Below, piece by piece: positions 35,840-47,200 of a stretch of 64,000 nt of DNA (the first letter of the stretch is position 1; each line of letters begins with the position of its first letter). Below the pieces are notes generated by a model. It was not told the DNA's origin. It saw only the letters and a list, made by a program, of their open reading frames with translations, and made no database searches. The stretch comes from Lepidodermella squamata. Taxonomy: Eukaryota > Animalia > Gastrotricha. The position numbers and the translations under genes are program-made. Location: positions 124,001 through 188,000 of the forward strand of contig JBLDXI010000066.1 in the NCBI GenBank assembly GCA_047495785.1, written 5' to 3'.

Positions 35840-37029
35840 TCACATTCTCATCGCGAAAATTGCTGCTGTAAGCCCCGCCCACAGTTGAGCAAAAGCGTTT
35901 GCCGCGTCTTCTTTTGTAACGACAAATCCGCTCTGTTCGCCATTCAAAGTGCCACTAGGTAATTCGATGCAGTAAGCGTATGGCACTTTGAAGGCAGACT
36001 TTGCGAAATCTTCCGCGCCTCCGCCGGCTGGGTACATCAGATCAATCGTATTTCCGACCTGCCAATCCTTGCCCGAAATTCCAAGTTCTTGCTTCTCGCG
36101 CTGCATCGCACTACCGCCGATTTTCGCAACTCTTAATATTTCGTCGTAGTCTCTCGGCTTCGGTCCGGAGGCGTAAGGAACAAGCCAGTAACTTCCGAAG
36201 GCATGGATTGAGAAATAAGCGGAAATTCGACCTTTTTCCGCTGCTACGAAGTCACGAAGCGCGGACGTTTCAGGCTCTGAAAATGGTTTAGGCCCTGCGT
36301 AGTCTTCATAAGCACAAATGTCATCCGAAAATCGTCCGGCTAAAAGGGCGAACATATGAAATATGAGATAAATATTGGCGAGAAACCTACTCCTCCATCG
36401 AAAATTGAAGTTCCTGTTCAAATCTACGCCGTAGCAATTATTTCCGTTATTGCGTCTGTTTTTTCGCCATTTCCTATCGACTTGATGCGAATAGACGTAG
36501 CCATCAGGGTTGACTAAAGGAACAATGTGGAAGGTGTACTTGTCAACCAATAGACGGGAAGTTTGATCTGTGTTGTAGCCTCGAATTAAACGATCCATTA
36601 TTTGAAGAACCGTTGCTGGTCCGAGCCATTCTCGAGCATGAACTCCAGACTCAAGAAAAATGACCTTCTTCCTCCGATTTTGAAGGTTCTTCCCAACCTA
36701 GAATAAGTGTTGCAAAAAAATCAATAATAGGGAAATTTCCCAACTTTCATGAACATTATTGGCCGATTTTCGTGGGTCTTCTTGGATAGACTTCCACATC
36801 GGGTAATAGCCGGGTAGTTTTTGCATATTTCATTCATCCAGCTGTAGAGTTCTTGAAGTTTCGGGAAGTCTCCAACTATGGGGTCTTTTTTCGAGCCGGC
36901 ATTTCGTCTTTTCGGGATTTTCAAATGTCTCGACTGGTGATGATTCCTAACTCTCCGAGAATGAACAGATTCGATGAAGGAAAACACAGTTAAGGCTAAA
37001 AGTAGAAGAATCAGGCGTGGTGAAAGCAT
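35840..37029 (-). CDS. M14A zinc carboxypeptidase (CPA/CPB-like), secreted
   Basis: Signal peptide; GVHAREW (about 36625-36645); NPDGY; WRKNR; GVDLNRNF; FSEPET; SIHAF; YPAGG; IELP. Small introns at about 36699-36742 and 36339-36388. Confidence 0.92.
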
Positions 37030-37375
37030 TTTCTTGACTATTTTTCAATATTTTTTATAAAAGGGTAATCCGTCTGTGCTTCGTCTGGAATATTAATTCA
37101 AATATGGCCCCGAAAATTAGCATTTTTTCATCATTCGTAGTTTGTATCCTTTTATGAAAGGATTCCGGCTTCTGAGATGTTTGCTCAGCGTGCTTATCCA
37201 GGGTTTGCTACCTATAAAAAACAGTCCAAGAATGTTTACTCAGATGATGACCCTTTGTTTGATTCAAATGTCATTCGGCGCTCCAAATAAGAGACTCACA
37301 GGCGCGAAAAAAACCGCGTGGGTTGATCAAGAAGCCTTTTGAGACAATTGTAACTAAAAGATTCATTACTCAAAA

Positions 37376-38866
37376 ATGAACCTTTTCACATCTCTGATTG
37401 CGATTTTGTCGATTTTCCAATATGCGGCATCTCAAGTTATGCTGCCTCAACAGGCCAAGATGACAGAGGCTCAGCAATGTGACGCAATTCGAGCCTATTT
37501 CCGCGGCCTTAATGTCACGCTCGATGATCTCGGCCTCGGAGAAATCGAGGACGATGACTTTGGTCTAGTCAGCCAAGCTGTTGTTTCATCTCCCGAACAA
37601 GAGGCGAACAAACCGTCCCGTCGTTGGATGACCACCCTACCTGCAGATGTCCGCAATCGGCCCTTGACTCATCTAGCCATACCAGGTGCCCATGATGCCT
37701 TTACCTATGATTTGGATACCAGTGCCCTAGCAGAATTTGCCCCTGATAACCAGGGCATAGAATGGACGAATAACGCCTTTATTAAGGTGCTAAGCCTGAT
37801 AACTGGCACGAGAGCAGCAGCCCTGGCTTTGGTGAAGCGTTGGAGCAAAACGCAGGATTTGGATTTTGAAGGCCAGTTGGCGGCTGGCATTCGGTATTTC
37901 GATCTCAGAGTGGCATATGATGATAACAAAAGCCAAATACGGATAGTTCACGGCCTTTTCGGTCCGGCTGTTTACGACATTGTAAGTCAAAAAATGTCCA
38001 GGGTCCCAAATAAAAAAATTTCTGTGATGGATAAACTTAGATAATTTTCCCCTCTCCAACTAATTTGCCCGAGGTTTTTGTAATTTGACGACAATTTCGC
38101 CTATAGATATGGGATGTTCCAATCCGATCGAATTTTTTAGCTTATTCTCCCGGTACGAAATCTCCCGGTCCCAGTATTGGGCTTACAAATTCTAACGGTT
38201 CAAACAAACTTGACTCGCTTGCCAAAGAATATCCGATACTTTCACTTGCTTTTACAGCTCGATATCTTGAAAGCCTACCTCGACCGCTATCCAGGGGAGG
38301 TCGTATTAATGCACTTCAATCGATTCTACGCCATGAACCAAGACCACCACCGAGCTCTAGTCACACTGATCCGATCGAAATTCGGCAACAGAATCGCACC
38401 AGCCAGATCCTACAACGAAAAGCCGAACGAAATGACGCTGGCCAGACTTGCTGCTGCTAACCAACAGCTCGTTGTTTTCTACGAAGACTCAGTCGGAGCG
38501 GCGTTTTCCGACGGCGTGTTCTGGCGCTCGTGGATGTATGTCGAAAATCCGTGGCCTGAAACGACAGATGCGAAAAATCTGACAAAATTCCTACAACGCA
38601 GCTACGACTTGCGAAGTCCAACTCAATCGGGGACTTTTCACATTTACCAGGGCGTCTTCACCCCGGATAAGTCATATGTCGGTAAACGGGTCGGTATCAT
38701 CGGCGGTTTGAAAGAATTGGCCCTGAAAGCGACTCAAAATGTGGTTGAGTGGCTGAGGCTGGCGAGATTTGGCCCGACTGGTTTGCCGGGTAGACTCAAC
38801 ATTTGTTCCGCTGATTTCGTCGACCGATTCGATTTTGCAGCCCAAGTTGTTGGCATGAATTTCTAA
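37376..38866 (+). CDS. PI-PLC X-domain protein (PLCXD-like) with N-terminal signal peptide, two exons
   Basis: LAIPGAHDAFTY, TQ, QLAAGIRYFDLRV, IVHG, HP/YP-EVV-like YPGEVVLMHF, LNICSADFV. Intron at about 37982-38257. Confidence 0.88.
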
Positions 38867-39110
38867 TTTGAAAATAAAAGAAATAATAATATGGCTAACA
38901 AACCACAGGATTATTCATCATAAGGCAAAAAAAACAGTAGGCTCTGGCATTTCGAGCGTCATTCCTTTGTCTCGAGCAAACAAAGGCTTAATGGAATACC
39001 TATAGGGTTACACTCTGCTGGTTATGAATCACGTATTACGCCATAACCAACGTATGAATCTTACTACTGGAGTACGCATAGTTGTTGTAGACCACGCATT
39101 ACACCTTGGC

Positions 39111-39147
39111 TATAAAACAAGCAGGGCAGTGCAGGTTACGTTCAGTC
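39111..39147 (+). promoter_or_regulatory. TATA box plus initiator for the 39216 gene
   Basis: TATAAAA at 39111 and TCAGTC at 39142, about 31 bp apart, which is canonical spacing. Confidence 0.6.
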
Positions 39148-39215
39148 ATCAAACCTCAGCGATAAACAGTTTTTTACTATACATCATCACCAGCTCAAGC
39201 AAACACTTCTCAGCT

Positions 39216-39602
39216 ATGAACCCGCAAGCGAAAAGCGTCAAATCGGCTAGTCAGACCGACATTCATTCTCAGGTCTCATTCCCGCCAGCTTTCTACCCGT
39301 CGGCTCAGCCCAGCAACAAGAAATGCAGCCGTAAATGCTGTTTCATCGGAACTGCCCTGGGTGTTTTTTTTGGTCTCTTAGTTCTTGGTGTCATAATCTA
39401 CGTTGTCATGGTTGTTGAGTCTCAATGCTACCGTGGTTGCCAGAGAATGTGTACGAGTGACAATCACTGTGTTGACAACTGCTGGAAGGTATGCTGGAAG
39501 GCGCAGTGGACAAAGTGTCCGGAGGATGGCGCCAAGGCATGCTCTTACATTCTTTGGGACAAGGCTGTTATCAATATTGGCGGCCTGTTTGGCAAGAAGT
39601 AA
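39216..39602 (+). CDS. Small intronless single-pass (type II-like) membrane protein with a Cys-rich C-terminus
   Basis: MNPQAK..., juxtamembrane KKCSRKCC, long hydrophobic segment, then a C-terminal domain with 8 Cys; upstream TATA/Inr. Confidence 0.7.
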   Translation: MNPQAKSVKSASQTDIHSQVSFPPAFYPSAQPSNKKCSRKCCFIGTALGVFFGLLVLGVIIYVVMVVESQCYRGCQRMCTSDNHCVDNCWKVCWKAQWTKCPEDGAKACSYILWDKAVINIGGLFGKK

Positions 39603-40007
39603 TATGCAATACGGTGGTCAAATCAAAGTCTAGCCTTTTTATACATCAAATTCATATTTATTTGCTCTCTTTCAACGCAATCCTGATATTTCGATATTTT
39701 TTATTACGATAATTTCTATTTTTTTTCAAATAAAATAATATTATTTTGAAATTTAAACTCGAGTCATAATAAACGGGTTGATTTTTTAATGATCAGTTAA
39801 TATTTGGGCGTTGAACGTTGAGCGCTTTAAGCTTACCTCCACAACCCATAACCTTAAATCCATACCCAAGCAAGACCGCGATTCCGCCTGGAATCAGCTC
39901 GGAGATTTCGGGCTTGCTGTTGCCGGTGGCAATAACATTATTTTGAGTGCGGATTCTCGGTTCGATCAATTATTCAAAATTTGAGAGTAAAACCTAATCA
40001 CCAAACG

Positions 40008-40545
40008 AAAATGTCAATGAGTGATTTGGCCAGTTTCGAGTTTCGAGTTTGGCTAAATGCCCTCGAATTATGTCAAAACTTGCAGAAGATATTCGCATAA
40101 AAATATCTAATGCATACAGCGTGTCTCAGAAGTTGCGCAACTAGTTTTTTAACTTGGCGAATTTTCGGGTAAATTCAACTAATTATATTAAATTAAACCT
40201 GCCGAGAGGATTTTTTATACGCGAAAAAATTAAATATTTACCGTTAACCAGAGAAAACCCGGAAAACCCCGATAGTAACTGTTTCGGGGATGTTTGGTAT
40301 TTTGGCCTGTTGGATCAAATTTATCTCCGGATTTTTTAATCCCATTACGGACGACAAACTTTTTCATGATAATTATTCATGATTTGGATTTTTTTTAATT
40401 CTAGCCATGCTTATTGCGTTACTTATAAGACACGCTATGTATGCATTTTAGGATTTTTTTGGATATTTTTATGCAAATTTCTGACATTTTTTGGGGCATT
40501 TAGCCAACTCTGAAAAAATGGCCAAATCACCTGTTGAAATTTTTG
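40008..40545. mobile_element. Nested MITEs: Tc1/mariner-type MITE (40117-40437) inside another inverted-repeat element
   Basis: Inner TA-CAGCGTGTCTC...AGACACGCT; outer GTGATTTGGCCA...GGCTAAATGCCC / GGGCATTTAGCC...TGGCCAAATCAC. Confidence 0.65.
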
Positions 40546-41220
40546 TTCAATAAGCTTGGCAATCCAAACCTTGATACAGATGGTGCGCTCGTTCTGATAT
40601 GACCGGTTTCTAATCTTAGTGCCTAATTTGGCCGGTGATTATATTCAACACTGAATTTGAAATTAAATATTGGGCCGCGATCTGCGCGTTCTACCAGCTA
40701 ATCAGCAGCAGACACGCTCGAAAGGTTCGACAAGTTCCAGTGACAGTTGGAATTGATCCAGCTTAATACTTTTTCCGACTTGAAAATTCATTCATTATCA
40801 CGTTGATCAGTCGCTTTTTACTATGACATCAAGTTCTTAACAGCTCATCTGAAATAATAATAATCTTGATGCGGTTCATCCGATCTAGTTTCCAGAATAT
40901 AATGGCGGAAACAAGGCATTTATAAATTATTCTTATTATAATATTTTCTTTAAATTGTCCCCCTCTGTTTCCCGATTGGAACACGTGCCGTCGTTAAAAT
41001 GTCTGATTTGTCTGCGATTTTTTAGCTCGCGCCTTTTCCTAATTTCTCTGTGAAGCTCTGTTTACGTTCAGGCCAACAAACTGACCCCGCCGTCTCCCCA
41101 AAATGATGTGGACAAATCGACCTTATATGCTAGAACTACAAACGAGAACGGTCATTCTTCGTCATTTTGCTTTCGAGAAATTTATATTAGTATTTTTTCG
41201 CGAATAAGCGAGCAACTCTG

Positions 41221-44200
41221 ATGAGATCGTATTTTTCTATTTTATTTCACTCGGGGGTGTTTCTGGCAGCAATAGCGATCGCCAACTGCGAGCGATCGTC
41301 CAAGCGCTGCTACTCCGCCCGAAGCTGTTTCAATTTCAAGGAAACAAGCATGAGGTGTGTACCCAAGAGAGATGGCTGCTCAGCTGATGAAGTTACGGTA
41401 GGGTTTTATTCATGAATAATAATTTTTCTTAGAATATTTGCATTTTTCCCAACTAGACAAACGAGTACACTGGCAATTCATTCAGTGCGGTGTATGACGA
41501 TTGCAAAGCCGATATTAAACGTTTCATGGTTTGTTTTTTGACTTCGTGTTCAATTTTACGGAAATGGGTATATTATTATTTTCTCTATCATAGATTCGAA
41601 AAGCCTATTTGTGCGAAAATGAAAATGGCGCTCGCCTATGCATACCACTCAACGGTACCTGCCCTAACAGCGGGGTGAGTCTTTTATTCACAATTTTTTC
41701 TTAATATCTGTAATTTCTTTGGAAAATTATTGCAATTTCTTTGAAAATAGAAAATTAAGAATAAAGTCTTAACCCTCTTGAATTCTAAATAACCTAAATT
41801 ATCTAAACCTTTCTGAATTATTTTTATTTCACCATTATTTGATCAATTATTCAAAAATTTATTTATTTATTTAATAATTCTGTAACCGTGAGGAATTTTG
41901 TTTTGAGCGATTTTTCACCAGTTTGCGTTAGACTTCCCTGAAATTCTTTAGAATGGGATTTCAGCCAGGGAATCGGTGGCCAAAATGCTTTTTGCGATTT
42001 TTATAACAAACATTCCATCCAATCCCAATAAATTTGAAATAGAATTTGAATTTTTATAAATGAAGTTTTCGGATTTTGGGGTTGGAAAAAGCTTTATCGG
42101 GCCATTTTCTTAAAAGAGAATAGTCAGTGGTTCTTCAACCCCGATTTTCCGGCCCCAAGCGCCCATTTTGGCGGCCGGCATAGGTCTGCTGCCCATCTTC
42201 TGCATTGCGTACAATCGGACGGCTCTTTTGAGGGATTTTCAGAATTTTAAAAGGTTTTAAAGATTCAGGATTTTAGGAAATGTTGCAAATTTCCAACAAT
42301 TTTCTGTGTTATAAATATAGTCACAGTTTTCTCAGATTTCAGTTTTGAAGCTCTCAATATTTTTGGGCAATTTTATCACAGATATAACGCATATGTTTAT
42401 TATCTTCCATCTTTTTATAGAAAACAACAAGAACCTTAGTGGGCTATTTCGTTGATTTTCAAATTTTTTTAAAATAAAACCTTACAAATTTTTCGCTTGA
42501 ATTTCCATGGATGACTCGCTAGGTAATTTATTTCAATATCAATTTTAATATCAATCGATGAATGAATCATTTTTCCGCCATTCAATAACGGCAAAATTGT
42601 CGTCACGTTATTTCCAACAGATGGGAATTCAGGGTTGAATCGAGAATTCAATAGATCTCGAGATACTGTTCCAAGATACAAAATCAATTATACATTCAAA
42701 CCTTCGGGTACTTTGAAAATTCTTGCAGCATCCCTGCGGTGATCGGAAGAGGACATTTTTCGAGCCTTACTTCAGTTGAGCTGGTTGAAATTGGTTGAAA
42801 ATGTGATTTCTTACTTGAAAATGCATAATTATTATTAAATAATTTTATTTTTTTAATGTCCTTACAGACATACATACGGACAGTGGCATCGATGCAAGAA
42901 TGTATGCGGGAGCAGAACAGTGAGTTGAGATACCCTTTAATTAGTCATAATTGTCTACTCCTCTCATTCTACGCAGTTGTCGCAAGCGATTTCAAACCGC
43001 ACTACCGCTGTTTTCTGACTAGCGATCTGTCATTTCTCGGCTGCCAAGCGTCAAGATGCGACAGCAATACCGCGACACAGGTAACCCATTGTTCGAGGGA
43101 TGAGTGGGTTTTGAGTAACATGGCATGAATAATTTAGGAACTTAGCCCTGGTACCTATACGGACAAGGCACTTTGCAAAGTTGGCGTGAGTTCATTTCAT
43201 TATCATGAATCAATCTATTCATAAAGCGAATGTAAACTTCAGCCTGCTGCTCTGTGCTCTTCAGCCTATGGTAACACGTGCCGAGGTTCATGCAGCCGGA
43301 CCGGACTAACACTGGTATGAAACGATGAATATGCTGAAATTTTATATCCCTTATTATAAAATAAGGTTATCACGTTTGATGGAAATACCGATTTTGCCGA
43401 TAACTATGCTGACTGTATTGCATCTCTGGTATTTTCAATAAGTATTTTCAATAGAACGACAAATGCATTTTCTTTCATTTTCAGCCTCATATGCAATGCG
43501 TGGATCAAACAACACTCGCGTTCGTCAAATGTCAGCCTCCTGGAACTTCGTGCCCAGCCGGTACTACTGGCAGAAAAACCTTCAACAATTTAAAGGAATG
43601 CTTAACAAGTGAGTTAATTAAAAACTAAAAAGTTTGGATATAAAAAATTACATTAGAAATTGCGCAAAATGGGCTCACGGGGTTGAAATTAACACAATCA
43701 AGAACCAAACTCTCGTGTACGAACTGTGCAGGTCCGAACCAACGATGCCTGCCGGGCAACACGTGTACATGCGTGGCTCCTGCGAAGCAATCATGCCACC
43801 CGCCCAACAAATGCAACATTTGGGTCATCCGGCCTCTCTGCCAATTCGCAACCTGCAACGCTATTCGCCATCGAGATGACTGCGTAATCAGCGAAACTGA
43901 GCCAGATCCCGAGTTGAAGCAAGACTTCCACTGGAAGAAGATCAGTGGCCTGACAGGCAGTTGCATTTCGTTTGAATCCGTCAACAAGCCGAACTTTGTC
44001 CTGCGTCACTCAAACTTTAAGCTGTTTCTTACGTGGTACGATGGCAATCAGGGGCTTGCTGCTGATGCGACGTTCTGCGAAAGGCAGCTGGGTTCCGGCA
44101 TTGGCTACGAATCTGTTAACTATCCCGGCTACTTCATTCACGTCGATGCCAACAACGAACTCTTCATTCGCCAGAATGCAACGTCGTTGAATTTTCCCTC

Positions 44201-47200
44201 GCGCTCAACCTTCCAAGAAACGGCTTTGGGTAAGTTGCCGGAGATTTAGCTTTCGCATACTGATTGTTTTCTTTTCATAAAACAGCCGTCTGTACCGACT
44301 GCGGTGGCGAAAACCAGCAATGCCAGGAGAACAACAAGTGCACGTGCAAGCCTGGATGGGAAGGCCACGGGTGTAACACACCGATAGGTAGGCTGCGTTT
44401 TGTTACTTGAATACCTCGACGGATCGCCAGAGCCTAGAAGGACAATTTCTGTGAAATTCTTGATTATGGGGGTTTGGTAAATTTTGAAATGCTGATTTGT
44501 TGGCGAAATTCCAAAATTAATTGAACATGAATTCAGTCATAGTTTCCGTAGCGAAAAATCCACTATTATTATTTTCTGCATTTTACTGCTGAATTCGTAC
44601 GCATTTAATGAGATGAAAAACCGGGAAAACCCTAGGGAAATGATGTATCGCGTTCAAATGAAGGACGCCAAAATCACACCTTACCTCGGCGCTTACTAAC
44701 ATTTTGTTTGTAATGTACAGCCTCGTGTAAAAATTGCACTAGTCCGAACCAACGATGCCTGCCGGGCAACACGTGTACATGCGTGGCTCCTGCGAAGCAA
44801 TCATGCCACCCGCCCAACAAATGCAACATTTGGGTCATCCGGCCTCTCTGCCAATTCGCAACCTGCAACGCTATTCGCCATCGAGATGACTGCGTAATCA
44901 GCGAAACTGAGCCAGATCCCGAGTTGAAGCAAGACTTCCACTGGAAGAAGATCAGTGGCCTGACAGGCAGTTGCATTTCGTTTGAATCCGTCAACAAGCC
45001 GAACTTTGTCCTGCGTCACTCAAACTTTAAGCTGTTTCTTACGTGGTACGATGGCAATCAGGGGATTGCTGCTGATGCGACGTTCTGCGAAAAGCAGCTG
45101 GGTTCCGGCATTGGCTACGAATCTGTTAACTATCCCGGCTACTTCATTCACGTCGATGCCAACAACGAACTCTTCATTCGCCAGAATGCAACGTCGTTGA
45201 GTTTTCCCTCGCGCTCAACCTTCCAAGAAACGGCTTTGGGTAAGTTGCCGGAGATTTAGCTTTCGCATACTGATTGTTTTCTTTTCATAAAACAGCCGTC
45301 TGTACCGACTGCGGTGGCGAAAACCAGCAATGCCTGGAGAACAACAAGTGCACGTGCAAGCCTGGATGGGAAGGCCACGGGTGTAACACACCGATAGGTA
45401 GGCTGCGTTTTGTTACTTGAATACCTCGACGGATCGCCAGAGCCTAGAAGGACAATTTCTGTGAAATTCTTGATTATGGGGGTTTGGTAAATTTTGAAAT
45501 GCTGATTTGTTGGCGAAATTCCAAAATTAATTGAACATGAATTCAGTCATAGTTTCGGTAGCAAAAATTCCACTATTATTATTTTCTGCATTTTACTGCT
45601 GAATTCGTACGCATTTAATGAGATGAAAAACCGGGAAAACCCTAGGGAAATGATGTATCGCGTTCAAATGAAGGACGCCAAAATCACACCTTACCTCGGC
45701 GTTTACTAACATTTTGTTTGTATTGAACAGCCTCGTGTAAAAATTGCACTAGTCCGAACCAACGATGCCTGCCGGGCAACACGTGTACATGCGTGGCTAT
45801 TGCGAAGCAATCATGCCACCCGCCCAACAAATGCAACATTTGGGTCATCCGGCCTCTCTGCCAATTCGCAACCTGCAACGCTATTCGCCATCGAGATGAC
45901 TGCGTAATCAGCGAAACTGAGCCAGATCCCGAGTTGAAGCAAGACTTCCACTGGAAGAAGATCAGTGGCCTGACAGGCAGTTGCATTTCGTTTGAATCCG
46001 TCAACAAGCCGAACTTTGTCCTGCGTCACTCAAACTTTAAGCTGTTTCTTACGTGGTACGATGGCAATCAGGGGCTTGCTGCTGATGCGACGTTCTGCGA
46101 AAAGCAGCTGGGTTCCGGCATTGGCTACGAATCTGTTAACTATCCCGGCTACTTCATTCACGTCGATGCCAACAACGAACTCTTCATTCGCCAGAATGCA
46201 ACGTCGTTGAATTTTCCCTCGCGCTCAACCTTCCAAGAAACGGCTTTGGGTAAGTTGCCGGAGATTTAGCTTTCGCATACTGATTGTTTTCTTTTCATAA
46301 AACAGCCGTCTGTACCGACTGCGGTGGCGAAAACCAGCAATGCCTGGAGAACAACAAGTGCACGTGCAAGCCTGGATGGGAAGGCCACGGGTGTAACACA
46401 CCGATAGGTAGGCTGCGTTTTGTTACTTGAATACCTCGACGGATCGCCAGAGCCTAGAAGGACAATTTCTGTGAAATTCTTGATTATGGGGGTTTGGTAA
46501 ATTTTGAAATGCTGATTTGTTGGCGAAATTCCAAAATTAATTGAACATGAATTCAGTCATAGTTTCGGTAGCAAAAAATCCACTATTATTATTTTCTGCA
46601 TTTTACTGCTGAATTCGTACGCATTTAATGAGATGAAAAACCGGGAAAACCCTAGGGAAATGATGTATCGCGTTCAAATGAAGGACGCCAAAATCACACC
46701 TTACCTCGGCGTTTACTAACATTTTGTTTGTAATGTACAGCCTCGTGTAAAAATTGCACTAGTCCGAACCAACGATGCCTGCCGGGCAACACGTGTACAT
46801 GCGTGGCTCCTGCGAAGCAATCATGCCACCCGCCCAACAAATGCAACATTTGGGTCATCCGGCCTCTCTGCCAATTCGCAACCTGCAACGCTATTCGCCA
46901 TCGAGATGACTGCGTAATCAGCGAAACTGAGCCAGATCCCGAGTTGAAGCAAGACTTCCACTGGAAGAAGATCAGTGGCCTGACAGGCAGTTGCATTTCG
47001 TTTGAATCCGTCAACAAGCCGAACTTTGTCCTGCGTCACTCAAACTTTAAGCTGTTTCTTACGTGGTACGATGGCAATCAGGGGCTTGCTGCTGATGCGA
47101 CGTTCTGCGAAAAGCAGCTGGGTTCCGGCATTGGCTACGAATCTGTTAACTATCCCGGCTACTTCATTCACGTCGATGCCAACAACGAACTCTTCATTCG

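Noticed and set aside
42125-42200. hAT-like terminus CAGTGGTTCTTCAACC
   Set aside because: No matching opposite TIR or TSD could be found by eye.
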